Shown here piece after piece: positions 53,599 to 63,802 of a DNA stretch of 64,000 nt (positions within the stretch are counted from its first letter, which is position 1; every line of letters begins with the position of its first letter). The stretch comes from Desulfatitalea sp. UBA4791 (GTDB taxonomy: Bacteria; Desulfobacterota; Desulfobacteria; Desulfobacterales; Desulfosarcinaceae), in contig DHGT01000124.1 in NCBI GenBank assembly GCA_002402905.1, forward strand, positions 47,462 to 111,461, given 5' to 3'. Under the pieces are notes generated by a model, which ran no database searches, was not told the DNA's origin, and saw only the letters and a list, made by a program, of their open reading frames with translations. Position numbers and translations under genes: made by a program.

Positions 53599-55821
53599 GT
53601 GTTTGAACAAATTAAAAAACGCGACGGACGAATTGTTGAGTTCGATTCCACCAAAATTACTGCCGCCATCGCCAAGGCCGGCAACGCCACCGGTGAATTC
53701 GGTGAACGCGAGGCGCGCAAGCTGACCCTTCGGGTGTTGACCCTGGCGCACGAAATGCGCCTGGGCGACCAGCCCGAAGTGGAAGAGATCCAGGACATCG
53801 TGGAGCATGTCCTGCTCGACTCACCGTATCATGCCACTGCCAAGGCCTACGTCCTCTATCGCGAACAACATGCCCAGATCCGCAGCATCGCCACCAAGGC
53901 CAACGTGGACCTGGTCGAACACTACATCCAGCGCCTGGATTGGAAAATCAAAGAGAACAGCAACATGTGCTATTCCCTGCAGGGGCTCAACAACTACATC
54001 TCCTCGGATGTCACGTCCGAGTACTGGCTCAACCGGATCTATCCTCCGGATATCCGCAATGCCCACAAGGATGGCGACCTGCACATCCACGATCTGAGCC
54101 TGCTCTCGGTCTACTGCGTGGGATGGGACCTGAAGGACCTGCTGAAAAACGGATTCAAGGGGGTCGAGGGCAAGGTGGAGAGCGCACCGCCCAAGCACCT
54201 GCGCTCCGCCCTGGGTCAAATCGTCAATTTTTTCTACACGCTCCAGGGAGAAGCCGCCGGCGCCCAGGCCCTTTCCAATTTCGACACGCTGCTGGCGCCG
54301 TTCGTGCGTTACGACGAATTGACTTACGACAAGGTGAAGCAGGCGCTCCAGGAGTTTATCTTCAATATCAATATTCCCACCCGGGTTGGCTTCCAGACAC
54401 CGTTCACCAACATTACCATGGATCTTTCCGTACCTTCGATTCTCAGAGACCAGCCGGTGATCGTGGGCGGCCGGGAATTGGATGCCACCTACGCCGAGTT
54501 CCAGCCCGAAATGGACCTCATCAACCGTGCCTTTGCCGAAGTGATGATGGCCGGCGACGCCAAGGGCCGGGTATTTACCTTTCCCATTCCCACGTATAAC
54601 ATCACGCCCGATTTCGACTGGAACAATCCCAATCTCGATCTGGTCTGGCAGATGACCGCCAAGTACGGCATCCCCTACTTTTCCAACTTCGTCAACTCGG
54701 ACATGTCGCCGGAGGACGCCCGCTCCATGTGCTGCCGCCTGCGCCTGGACAACCGCGAACTGCTCAAACGCGGCGGGGGCCTGTTCGGCGCCAATCCGCT
54801 GACCGGATCCATCGGGGTGGTGACGATCAATCTGCCCCGTATCGGACACCTGGCCGATGGGGAAAAGGATTTCTTCCAGCGCCTGGAGACCCGGGTGCGC
54901 CAGGCCGTGGAAAGTTTGACCATCAAGCGCAAGGTGCTGGAAAAATTCACCGAAAAAAATCTCTACCCCTATTCGCGCTTCTACCTTCGGGAGATCAAAC
55001 AGGGCAGCGGCACCTATTGGAAGAATCACTTCTCCACCGTCGGCATCATCGGCATGAACGAAGCCTGCCTCAACTTTATCCGCAAGGATATCGGCACCAT
55101 GGAAGGACAGGCCTTCGCGCTCAAGGTGATGGACTTTCTGCGCGACCTGCTGGCCGGGGTTCAAGAAGAAACCGGAGATATTTTCAACCTGGAAGCCACG
55201 CCGGCCGAAGGCACCTCTTTCCGCCTGGCCATGCTGGACAAGAAAAAATTCCCCCGCATCGTCTGCTCCAACGAGGTGGAATATGAAAAGGGGGCCGCGC
55301 CCTACTACACCAACTCGACCCAGTTGCCGGTCAACTACACCGACGACCTGTATGAAACCCTCCAGTTGCAGGACCAGCTGCAGACCAAATATACCGGTGG
55401 CACGGTTTTGCACGTATTTCTCGGCGAACGGATCGGCGACATCGATGCGGTCAAATCCCTGGTGCGCAAAATCGCCGGCAACTACCGGCTGCCTTACTTT
55501 ACCCTGACCCCCACCTTCAGCATCTGCCCCTCCCACGGCTATCTGGCCGGTGAACAGCCGCGTTGCCCCCACTGCAACCAGGAGACCGAAATCTACTCCC
55601 GCGTGGTCGGATACCTGCGGCCGGTCAAACAGTGGAATGACGGCAAACAGGCCGAATTCGCCCTGCGAAAAACGTATCGCGCGACATCCATCGATGGGGA
55701 CCTCACCGCCACGGTGATCGGCCGAAGTCCAGCGGGCCGCGCGATAGAGAAGGTCGCAACGGTCCAACTGGAGACTCCCGCGGCCGCCCAGCCCGATCAC
55801 ACCGGTGCAGCGTGCCGGTAA
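53599..55821 (+). CDS. nrdD: Class III anaerobic ribonucleoside-triphosphate reductase
   Basis: ATP cone (IKKRDGRIVEFD), SMCCRL, ATPAEG, CPSHG...CPHC, glycyl-radical loop YSRVVGYLRPV; GTG after AAGGAG. Confidence 0.96.
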   Translation: MFEQIKKRDGRIVEFDSTKITAAIAKAGNATGEFGEREARKLTLRVLTLAHEMRLGDQPEVEEIQDIVEHVLLDSPYHATAKAYVLYREQHAQIRSIATKANVDLVEHYIQRLDWKIKENSNMCYSLQGLNNYISSDVTSEYWLNRIYPPDIRNAHKDGDLHIHDLSLLSVYCVGWDLKDLLKNGFKGVEGKVESAPPKHLRSALGQIVNFFYTLQGEAAGAQALSNFDTLLAPFVRYDELTYDKVKQALQEFIFNINIPTRVGFQTPFTNITMDLSVPSILRDQPVIVGGRELDATYAEFQPEMDLINRAFAEVMMAGDAKGRVFTFPIPTYNITPDFDWNNPNLDLVWQMTAKYGIPYFSNFVNSDMSPEDARSMCCRLRLDNRELLKRGGGLFGANPLTGSIGVVTINLPRIGHLADGEKDFFQRLETRVRQAVESLTIKRKVLEKFTEKNLYPYSRFYLREIKQGSGTYWKNHFSTVGIIGMNEACLNFIRKDIGTMEGQAFALKVMDFLRDLLAGVQEETGDIFNLEATPAEGTSFRLAMLDKKKFPRIVCSNEVEYEKGAAPYYTNSTQLPVNYTDDLYETLQLQDQLQTKYTGGTVLHVFLGERIGDIDAVKSLVRKIAGNYRLPYFTLTPTFSICPSHGYLAGEQPRCPHCNQETEIYSRVVGYLRPVKQWNDGKQAEFALRKTYRATSIDGDLTATVIGRSPAGRAIEKVATVQLETPAAAQPDHTGAACR

Positions 55822-55849
55822 AAAGGCAGCCATTGGATCCGTCTCCGTC

Positions 55850-56554
55850 ATGAACCTGGCCGGACTTCAAAAGACCTCGCTGATCGACTATCCGGGGATG
55901 GTCAGCTGCGTGGTCTTTTTGACGGGCTGCAATTTTACCTGCCCTTTTTGCCACAATGACGAACTGGCAAGGGGAGAGTGGCCCTCGCGCATTTCCCTCG
56001 ACCAGTTTATCGAGTTTCTCACCCCCCGCAGAGGGCTGCTCGACGGCGTGGTGATCAGCGGCGGCGAGCCGACCCTTCATCCCCACTTGGCCGATCTCTG
56101 CCGGGCCGTGCGCCGGCTGGATCTGCGCATCAAACTCGACACCAACGGCAGCCGACCCGATGTTCTCGCCCGGCTGCTCGACGAGCGGCTGGTCGACTAT
56201 GTGGCCATGGACATCAAAACGCCTATTGAATCCTACCACCCGGTTCTGGTCCAACGGGACATCACCGCCCACCTCCGGCGCAGCATCGAATTGATCATGC
56301 ACGCCTCCCCGGATTATGAATTCCGCACCACCTGTGTCCGCCCCTTTGTCGACGAACACCGCATCCTCGATATGGCCCGCACCATCCAAGGGGCCCGTCG
56401 CTATATCCTGCAGCCCTTTCGACCCCAAAAAATGCTCCAGCCAGACTTCTTCGAAACGATCGATCCCGTCGTTTCTCCAGCAGAGATTCATCATTTCAGG
56501 GAGTTGTCGTCGCCCCTGGTGGAACACTGCCTGATCCGCACGGATCATGATTAA
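55850..56554 (+). CDS. nrdG: Anaerobic RNR activating radical SAM protein
   Basis: SLIDYPG, GCNFTCPFCHN, ISGGEPT, LDTNG, YEFRTT. Confidence 0.94.
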   Translation: MNLAGLQKTSLIDYPGMVSCVVFLTGCNFTCPFCHNDELARGEWPSRISLDQFIEFLTPRRGLLDGVVISGGEPTLHPHLADLCRAVRRLDLRIKLDTNGSRPDVLARLLDERLVDYVAMDIKTPIESYHPVLVQRDITAHLRRSIELIMHASPDYEFRTTCVRPFVDEHRILDMARTIQGARRYILQPFRPQKMLQPDFFETIDPVVSPAEIHHFRELSSPLVEHCLIRTDHD

Positions 56555-56606
56555 GGCACATTTTTTCGTTTTATATTCATCGACTGTATCCCATTCATTA
56601 TTTATC

Positions 56607-56635
56607 TTGACATCACCATTACGCTTTTTTAATGT
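56607..56635 (+). promoter_or_regulatory. Sigma70 promoter for prpE
   Basis: TTGACA(56607-56612)-N17-TAATGT(56630-56635). Confidence 0.55.
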
Positions 56636-56796
56636 CGAATAAGCTTGGACATCATCGTCTTCGAGTGCGCCAGCCTCACCCCTGATGACAAACTTACAAT
56701 TACCATGCGTCGGTTCAAGCAACCCAAGATGACAGGTTCAGGTCTGCGAACAACGGTCAACAACCGATATCAATCCACAGAATAGAGGAGGCCCAC

Positions 56797-58707
56797 ATGA
56801 CCAACGCGTACGATCTGGCTTTTGAACGCTCCATCAACGACCCGGAAGGGTACTGGGGCGAAGCGGCGGAGGACATTGTATGGATCAAACGGTGGGACAA
56901 GGTGCTCGACGGCAGCAATCTGCCCTTTTACCGATGGTTCGTGGGCGGTGTGCTCAACACCTGCTACAACGCGGTGGACCATCACGTCGCCACGGGCCGG
57001 GGAGATCAGCCGGCGATCATTTATGACAGCCCCGTCACCAACACGATCAAAACCTACACATACAGCCAACTGCAGCAAGAAACAGCGAGCTTCGCCGGCG
57101 TACTGAAGGCCCAGGGTGTGGAAAAGGGCGACCGGGTCATCATTTACATGCCCATGATACCCGAAGCAGCCATCGCCATGCTGGCCTGCGCGCGTATCGG
57201 CGCCGTGCATTCGGTCGTTTTCGGCGGTTTTGCCGCCAACGAGTTGGCCACGCGCATCAACGACGCCAAACCCAAAGTCATGGTCTCGGCCTCCTGCGGC
57301 ATCGAGGTCCAACGGGTGATCCCCTACAAACCGTTGCTCGACGGCGCCATCGAAATGGCCAAATCCAAGCCTCAAAAATGCATCATCCTGCAGCGGCCCA
57401 TGCTCAAAAGCGAATTGACGCCCGGACGTGACCTGGACTGGCAGGAGGCCATGGCCTCGGCCAAACCAGCCGACTGCGTACCGGTAGCGGCCACCGACCC
57501 GCTGTATATCCTCTACACCTCGGGCACCACAGGAGAGCCCAAAGGGGTGGTCAGAGATAATGGCGGCCATGCGGTTGCTCTAAAATGGAGCATGAAAACC
57601 GTTTATAACGTCGACGCCGGGGAGGTATACTGGGCCGCCTCGGACGTGGGTTGGGTCGTGGGCCACTCGTATATCGTCTATGCCCCCTTGCTCAAGGGCT
57701 GTACGACGATCCTCTTCGAAGGCAAACCGGTGGGTACCCCCGACGCCGGCGTCTTCTGGCGGGTCATCTCACAGCACCGGGTCAGCACCATGTTTACCGC
57801 GCCCACGGCCTTCCGGGCCATCAAACGCGAAGACCCCAAGGGCGAACTGATCAAAAAGTACGACCTGTCCAAATTCCGAGCCCTTTTTCTTGCCGGCGAA
57901 CGCCTCGACCCCGATACCCTCAAGTGGGCCCGGGGCCACCTTGGCGTCCCGGTGATCGACCACTGGTGGCAGACCGAAACCGGATGGGCCATCTGCGCCA
58001 ACTGTTTGGGCTTGCACGACTTCGACATCAAAGAAGGGTCGCCGACCAAACCCGCGCCGGGCTGGAACCTGAAGGTACTGGATCCGGAAAGCAAACAACC
58101 GGTCAAGGCCGGCGACATTGGCGCCCTGGTGGTCAAGCTGCCCCTTCCGCCGGGTGCCCTGCCGACCCTGTGGAACAATGACAAACGCTTTGTTGAATCC
58201 TATCTCGAAGAGTTCGAGGGCTACTACAAAACCGCCGATGCCGGTTTCATCGATTCGGATGGATATGCCTTTGTCATGTCACGCACGGACGACATCATCA
58301 ACGTCGCCGGCCACCGCCTCTCCACGGGCGCCATGGAGGAGATTCTGTCCGACCACCCGGATGTGGCCGAATGCGCCGTACTGGGTGTGGAGGACAGCCT
58401 CAAAGGGCAAGTGCCGGTGGGATTCGTGGTACTCAAGGCCGGCGTGAAGCGACCCGAGACGGAAATCGTCGCGGAGGTGGTAAAAATGGTGCGCGACCGC
58501 ATCGGTCCGGTGGCCTCGTTCAAAAAAGCCACCGTGGTCAAACGGTTGCCCAAGACCCGCTCTGGAAAAATCCTGCGCGGGACCATCCAAAAAATCGCCG
58601 ACAACAAAGCGTTCAAGACGCCGGCCACCATCGATGACCCGGCCATCCTGGGAGAGATCGAAGCGGCCTTGAACACCATCGGCCTGGCCGGTTCTCGACC
58701 CAAGTAA
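56797..58707 (+). CDS. prpE: Propionyl-CoA synthetase (acetate/propionate--CoA ligase)
   Basis: YTSGTTGEPKGVVRD, SDVGWVVGHS, DHWWQTETG, LPKTRSGKILR. Confidence 0.88.
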   Translation: MTNAYDLAFERSINDPEGYWGEAAEDIVWIKRWDKVLDGSNLPFYRWFVGGVLNTCYNAVDHHVATGRGDQPAIIYDSPVTNTIKTYTYSQLQQETASFAGVLKAQGVEKGDRVIIYMPMIPEAAIAMLACARIGAVHSVVFGGFAANELATRINDAKPKVMVSASCGIEVQRVIPYKPLLDGAIEMAKSKPQKCIILQRPMLKSELTPGRDLDWQEAMASAKPADCVPVAATDPLYILYTSGTTGEPKGVVRDNGGHAVALKWSMKTVYNVDAGEVYWAASDVGWVVGHSYIVYAPLLKGCTTILFEGKPVGTPDAGVFWRVISQHRVSTMFTAPTAFRAIKREDPKGELIKKYDLSKFRALFLAGERLDPDTLKWARGHLGVPVIDHWWQTETGWAICANCLGLHDFDIKEGSPTKPAPGWNLKVLDPESKQPVKAGDIGALVVKLPLPPGALPTLWNNDKRFVESYLEEFEGYYKTADAGFIDSDGYAFVMSRTDDIINVAGHRLSTGAMEEILSDHPDVAECAVLGVEDSLKGQVPVGFVVLKAGVKRPETEIVAEVVKMVRDRIGPVASFKKATVVKRLPKTRSGKILRGTIQKIADNKAFKTPATIDDPAILGEIEAALNTIGLAGSRPK

Positions 58708-58734
58708 ACGAGATTCCGCATTCAACCTATCATT

Positions 58735-58764
58735 GGGGGGCGCATCGGCGCCCCCCCTTTTTTT
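58735..58764 (+). terminator. Rho-independent terminator after prpE
   Basis: GGGGGGCGC-ATCG-GCGCCCCCC followed by C and T7. Confidence 0.85.
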
Positions 58765-58847
58765 CGATGGCTCTTGAAGATCGGGAATTCATAAAGTAAA
58801 AAATAAAATTTTTAGCGCTGGTCCATCGGGCTACGGAAAGTGACGAA

Positions 58848-60026
58848 ATGAACCATATCCGTGCGTTGCTGCTGCTCTCTCTGCTGGCCGCCTTTCCGCC
58901 CATGAGCACCGACATGTACCTTCCGGCGTTGCCCACGCTGCAAACCCTTTGGCACGCCGACACCGCCACCATCAACCTGACCCTGATTCTTTTTTTCGTC
59001 TTTTTCAGCGTCGCCCTACTGATTTACGGCCCCATATCGGACAGCTTCGGCCGCCGGCCGCTGCTTCTCGTCGGCATCGGCATCTACATGGCCGCCAGCA
59101 TCTTGTGCGGCCTTGCCGACAGCGTGCACAGCCTGATTTTGTTTCGCATCTTTCAAGCATTGGGCGCCGCGTCAGCCGCCTCACTCACCATGGCCATTGC
59201 CAAGGATCTATTTGAGACGAATGAGCGTCAGCAACTGTTGGCCTACCTGGGCGTGATCGTGGCCCTGGCCCCCATGCTGGCCCCCATGCTCGGGGGGCTG
59301 ATTATCAAATGGCTCAGCTGGCAGTGGGTCTTCTTCATCCAGGGCTTATGGGGCCTCATTGCTTTTGGCGGGGTGCTGCGCATGTCGGAACCCCTGAAAA
59401 TAAAGGTTCCTGCCACGATCAACCAGATTCTGGGGCGCTACCTGCGGCTGCTGAAAAACAGCCGCTACCTGGTCATGACCCTGCTGATGTCCATGTGCAT
59501 GACGCCCCTTTTCGCCTTCATCGCCGGTTCACCGAGTATTTATATGTCTCATTTCCGACTCGACCCACAGCGCTTCGGACTCTATTTTGGCGCCAACGCG
59601 TTGGCCATGATGTGCGGCTCGTTTCTGTGCGGGTGGCTGACCCGACGGGTAAAAGGCTGGCTGCTGCTGCGCCTCGGATTCGTCGGCATGGTCGTCGGCG
59701 GAACCGCCATCGGATTCATCGGCGGGCTGGGACCGATGGCCTTTGCCGCCGCCATGTTTACGGTGACCTTTTGCATGGGACTGACACGACCGATGAGCAA
59801 CAACCTGGTACTTGAACAAGTAGAGCAAGATGTAGGAACCGCCGCCTCCCTGCTCATGTTCGTTTATTTCGTGGCCGGTGCCGCCGGAATGGCGTTGATC
59901 TCCCAACCATGGTCGGATCGAATCGGCATCATCGCGGTTCTGTCAGCGGGTTGCGGTCTGACGGTCCTGGTCGGCTTGCAAGTGATGGCCTATTATTGGA
60001 AAAACGCGTTCAAAGCGGTTCAATAG
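58848..60026 (+). CDS. Bcr/CflA-family MFS efflux transporter
   Basis: STDMYLPALP, GPISDSFGRRP, about 12 TM segments. Confidence 0.92.
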   Translation: MNHIRALLLLSLLAAFPPMSTDMYLPALPTLQTLWHADTATINLTLILFFVFFSVALLIYGPISDSFGRRPLLLVGIGIYMAASILCGLADSVHSLILFRIFQALGAASAASLTMAIAKDLFETNERQQLLAYLGVIVALAPMLAPMLGGLIIKWLSWQWVFFIQGLWGLIAFGGVLRMSEPLKIKVPATINQILGRYLRLLKNSRYLVMTLLMSMCMTPLFAFIAGSPSIYMSHFRLDPQRFGLYFGANALAMMCGSFLCGWLTRRVKGWLLLRLGFVGMVVGGTAIGFIGGLGPMAFAAAMFTVTFCMGLTRPMSNNLVLEQVEQDVGTAASLLMFVYFVAGAAGMALISQPWSDRIGIIAVLSAGCGLTVLVGLQVMAYYWKNAFKAVQ

Positions 60027-60047
60027 GTTCGTGGATGGAAGTGGATC

Positions 60048-61511
60048 ATGCATAGACACAAATTAACCGGCTGCACCTTTCTCGTCTTCTTGTCCGTACT
60101 CGTCATGCTGGCCTGCGATGGCAAGGCACCCTCCGAACAGAGTTCCGCCGCGGCAGTCGAACGCATATCGGCGCCATGGAGCGGCGATCTACCTGAAATC
60201 CTTGAAAGCAGAAGATTTATCAGGGCGCTGGTCACCTACAATCAAACCAACTTTTTCATCGAAAATGGAACGCCGCGCGGGCTCGAATACGACCTGCTCA
60301 AACGCTACGAGGAATTTCTCAACCAAAACCGAAAAAAAAATGAGCTCAAGATCAAGATGATCTTTTCGGTCCTGCCTTTCGACCAACTGCTCTCGGCTCT
60401 CGAAGATGGCCGGGGAGATATCGTTGCGGCCGGTCTGACAATCACCCCCGACCGAACCGAAAGGGTTGCTTTTTCCGCTCCCTACCTTTCGGATGTCGAC
60501 GAAGTCCTGGTCACCGGCCCCAATTTGGGCGACCTGGTAACCATCAAGGACTTGCCCGGCCGGACGATTCATGTCATGGCAGGAAGCAGCTACGCGACCC
60601 ACCTGAAAGAGCTGAACCTCGATCTTCAAATGCGATTCCAGCGCCCGATCCGAATCGTCGAGGCCGATGCCCACCTCGAAGAAGAAGACTTGATGCAGAT
60701 GGTCAATGCCGGGATTTACGACATGACCGTCGTCGATTCACACCTTGCCCAGATCTGGTCCAGGGTGTTGCCCGATATTCGGGTGCACGAAGAGATCAGG
60801 GCCAGCAGCGGTGGAGAAATCGCCTGGGCCGTGCGTAAAGAGAACCCCGAATTGCTGGCCAATCTGAACCAATTTTTCAGGACGCACACGCAGGGCACCT
60901 TCGCCGGCAACATGCTCGTCCGGCGCTACTACGAAAACACCCACTGGATTCAAAATCCGCTTTCATCCAAATATCAAAATCAATTCGACACGCTGAAGGA
61001 GCTGTTTCAAAAATATGCCCGGACCTACGGATTCGACTGGCTGAAAATCGCGGCGCTGGCCTACCAGGAATCCCGCCTGGACCATGCGGCACGAAGCCAT
61101 CGCGGCGCGGTTGGGATCATGCAACTGCTGCCCAGCACCGCTGCCGGCCCGGCCATCGGCATCCCCGACATCACCGATGTGGAGGACAACATTCATGCCG
61201 GCGTCAAATACCTGGCCTACCTTCGGGATACCTATTTCGACGACCCGGCCATTGCGCCCGAACATCGCATCGACTTTGCCATCGCCGCTTACAACGCCGG
61301 CCCGGCGCGGATCAACCAGATGCGCAAAAGGGCCGAAAAACTCGGACTGGACCCCAATCAATGGTTTTCCAATGTGGAACAGGCGGCGCTCAGGTTCATC
61401 GGACGCGAACCGGTCCAATACGTCAGCAACATTTATATCTATTACGTGGCCTACCAAACAGCCGCTCAGGTGGTCGACCAACGGTCCGACAGCCCATTGC
61501 CCCCGTCGTAG
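60048..61511 (+). CDS. mltF: MltF-like lytic transglycosylase (substrate-binding domain plus SLT domain), lipoprotein
   Basis: LAC lipobox, GRGDIVAAGLT, AYQESRL, GAVGIMQL, AAYNAGP. Confidence 0.85.
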   Translation: MHRHKLTGCTFLVFLSVLVMLACDGKAPSEQSSAAAVERISAPWSGDLPEILESRRFIRALVTYNQTNFFIENGTPRGLEYDLLKRYEEFLNQNRKKNELKIKMIFSVLPFDQLLSALEDGRGDIVAAGLTITPDRTERVAFSAPYLSDVDEVLVTGPNLGDLVTIKDLPGRTIHVMAGSSYATHLKELNLDLQMRFQRPIRIVEADAHLEEEDLMQMVNAGIYDMTVVDSHLAQIWSRVLPDIRVHEEIRASSGGEIAWAVRKENPELLANLNQFFRTHTQGTFAGNMLVRRYYENTHWIQNPLSSKYQNQFDTLKELFQKYARTYGFDWLKIAALAYQESRLDHAARSHRGAVGIMQLLPSTAAGPAIGIPDITDVEDNIHAGVKYLAYLRDTYFDDPAIAPEHRIDFAIAAYNAGPARINQMRKRAEKLGLDPNQWFSNVEQAALRFIGREPVQYVSNIYIYYVAYQTAAQVVDQRSDSPLPPS

Positions 61512-61730
61512 TAGACGCAGAAATAAATAAGCTGACATATAGTCCGACCCAGACAGCCCATGGAATGGATTCTTAGCGTACTCGTACGCGTCCTTCAGCG
61601 CAGCGGTACTCGTACTCGATCCATCCTGGAAGCGTTGACACAAGCAGAGGAATCTTTCGAGTACGAGAACGAGTACGACTGCAAGCAAGTGCCCAATATG
61701 TCAGCGAAATTATGAAATAGTGCACTTAGG
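61509..61730 (+). mobile_element. MITE/REP-like dispersed element, copy B
   Basis: Inverted copy of 33479-33695; begins at the mltF TAG stop. Confidence 0.75.
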
Positions 61731-61833
61731 ATCTGCCCGACTCTCATGGGTGTTGCGGCCTTCGAACGCCGGACAGGTCAATTCTGTGGTGAGCACTCAG
61801 CGCTTGTGGGGCAAATGATGGGGACACCCGAAC

Positions 61834-61863
61834 AAAAAAGCGCGATGGATTCAGCCACCGCGC
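61834..61863 (-). terminator. Rho-independent terminator after dapA
   Basis: Minus strand GCGCGGTGG-CTGAAT-CCATCGCGC followed by T6. Confidence 0.75.
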
Positions 61864-61887
61864 GATATTGGGATCTCCCAAAAACTG

Positions 61888-62928
61888 CTAATAGTTCTCG
61901 TAATACAACCCAGCCTGGTACTTTGGATTGTCCAACCGTTCGGAGATGTCCACGTTGAAGAAATCACCAATCGGCTGAAGCAGTTCTGGATGGTCGCGCC
62001 ACACGCCGCGGGCGATCGCAAGGACGGCGTCCAGGCCATTGCGCGTCATCTTGCCCAGGGGTTGCCGGCAGGGGCCCGAAGGCATGCCCAACAAACGCAT
62101 CAGGGTCTTGATGGCCAGGGGATTGCGGGCGCGGCAAACCACCTCTCCATGCGCGGTCATCTCCCGGGTCTTCACGGTCACCAACCCGAAAAGCGGCTCC
62201 AACCCCTTGAGCAGGGTTTCGGCTCCGGCCCGGTCACCGCCGATGAGCCGTTCCACCATCTGGGTGGTCGCCCTGGGGACGATATTGCTGACCACCGAGA
62301 TGACCCCGGCAGCGTCTATGGCCGGATCGGTCACCATGTCGTAGGTCATGGCATCGTCACCGGAGAGAATGATAAAGTCCGCCCCGCAACAGGTGCGCGT
62401 GCGGCGCATATTGTTCAAATCGGCCGTGGCCTCTTTGACCGTGCCCACATTGGGATGGGTCTTGAACAGCAGGGCCAGGTCTTCGGGCAACATCTGGGCA
62501 CCGGTGCGGCCGGGGATGATATAGGGAATGATCTCCACGCCCGGGAACCGTGCTGCGATAGGCGCGACATACTCCCGGCGGATTTCGATGGAACTGGGGC
62601 CGTTGTAGTAAGGATCCACGAGCAGGACCGCATCGACACCCTGTTCGACGGCATGGGCCGTGGCCTCCATGGCCTCCTGGGTGTTGTTGCTGCCGGTACC
62701 GGCAATGCAGAGGCAACGCCCCTTGCAAGCCTTGGCCACCTGCTCCACCACCAGGTTATGCTCTTCCCAGTCCAGGGTCGGACTCTCGCCGGTGGTGCCC
62801 ACGGCCAGAATACCGGTAATGCCGCCGTCGATCTGAAATGCCGTCAGCCGCTCCAACCCCTCCCGATCAACGCGGGTCCCGTCAGTGGTGAACGGTGTCA
62901 CCAGGGCGGTATAACATCCGGGTTTCAT
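61888..62928 (-). CDS. dapA: 4-hydroxy-tetrahydrodipicolinate synthase
   Basis: TALVTPF, GTTGES, AGTGSNNT, PYYN, VKEA, LSGDD. Confidence 0.92.
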   Translation of the reverse strand: MKPGCYTALVTPFTTDGTRVDREGLERLTAFQIDGGITGILAVGTTGESPTLDWEEHNLVVEQVAKACKGRCLCIAGTGSNNTQEAMEATAHAVEQGVDAVLLVDPYYNGPSSIEIRREYVAPIAARFPGVEIIPYIIPGRTGAQMLPEDLALLFKTHPNVGTVKEATADLNNMRRTRTCCGADFIILSGDDAMTYDMVTDPAIDAAGVISVVSNIVPRATTQMVERLIGGDRAGAETLLKGLEPLFGLVTVKTREMTAHGEVVCRARNPLAIKTLMRLLGMPSGPCRQPLGKMTRNGLDAVLAIARGVWRDHPELLQPIGDFFNVDISERLDNPKYQAGLYYENY

Positions 62929-63156
62929 TTTTCCCCCTCTTGTCAGGTTTGCAGAATTAAAATTAAAGAATTAGAGAAGCGCGGGAATGCTGTCAAGATC
63001 TTATTGTGAAATGCCTTGACAAGCCCCGAACGGCAGCATAACCATGACCGGGTGCTCATCGACAAATGGCCAATTTGCTCGATATCTGCATGATGCTCAA
63101 CATTTTAACCAAGGACTTGTAATCCATATCCAAAAAGAAAAAAGGGACCGACCACC

Positions 63157-63771
63157 ATGCCCCAGGCAAGAAACATAGACGAATATATTGCAATTCAGAA
63201 ACAGGCGTTGGCTGCCAACCCCGAATGCGGAACGACCCATTACAACCTCGGCGTGGCCCTGCTGGGCAAACATCAGGATGACGAAGCCGAGCGTGCCTTT
63301 TTAGAAGCCATCGACTGCAGCCCAAGTTTGGCCGAAGCCCACGTCCAACTGGGTGGATTGTGCCTCAAGCGCGGCGACCTGGACGGCTGCCTGGATTGGA
63401 ACCAGCGGGCCGTCAAAGCCCGACCGGGGTTTTCGGAAGGCTACGGCAACATCGGTTATGTGCACCTGCAAAGAGGTGAGGCGGACAAGGCCATCGAATC
63501 ATTCAAACGCTCCACCGCCTTTAACTTCCGTTTTGTGCAGGGGTACACCTCCATGGCGACGGCCTATCTCATGAAAGGCGAGGTGGACCTGGCCATCGAG
63601 GCCTGCCAGAACGCCCTCAAGGCCGAACCGAACTTTCCCGTGGCCCACAACAACCTGGCCATCGCTTATCTTGAAAAGGGAGATCTGGAAAAGGCGCGGC
63701 TGCATGCCCGGCGCGCAGTGGAATTGGGATTTGACGTCGCTCCCCAAATCCTCAAAGATATCGAGGCCTAG
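63157..63771 (+). CDS. Tetratricopeptide repeat protein
   Basis: Consecutive TPRs (HYNLGVAL, AHVQLG, GYGNIG, AHNNLAIAY). Confidence 0.88.
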   Translation: MPQARNIDEYIAIQKQALAANPECGTTHYNLGVALLGKHQDDEAERAFLEAIDCSPSLAEAHVQLGGLCLKRGDLDGCLDWNQRAVKARPGFSEGYGNIGYVHLQRGEADKAIESFKRSTAFNFRFVQGYTSMATAYLMKGEVDLAIEACQNALKAEPNFPVAHNNLAIAYLEKGDLEKARLHARRAVELGFDVAPQILKDIEA

Positions 63772-63802
63772 CCTGTCACTCAACAGAGGTGGAATCCCCT
63801 CT

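Noticed and set aside
53821-55851. 676-aa antisense ORF
   Set aside because: Shadow of nrdD.
60332-60340. A9 homopolymer in mltF (also an A8 tract within yqaA near 9606)
   Set aside because: Reading frames are intact and Lys/Phe codons explain the runs; no evidence of phase variation.
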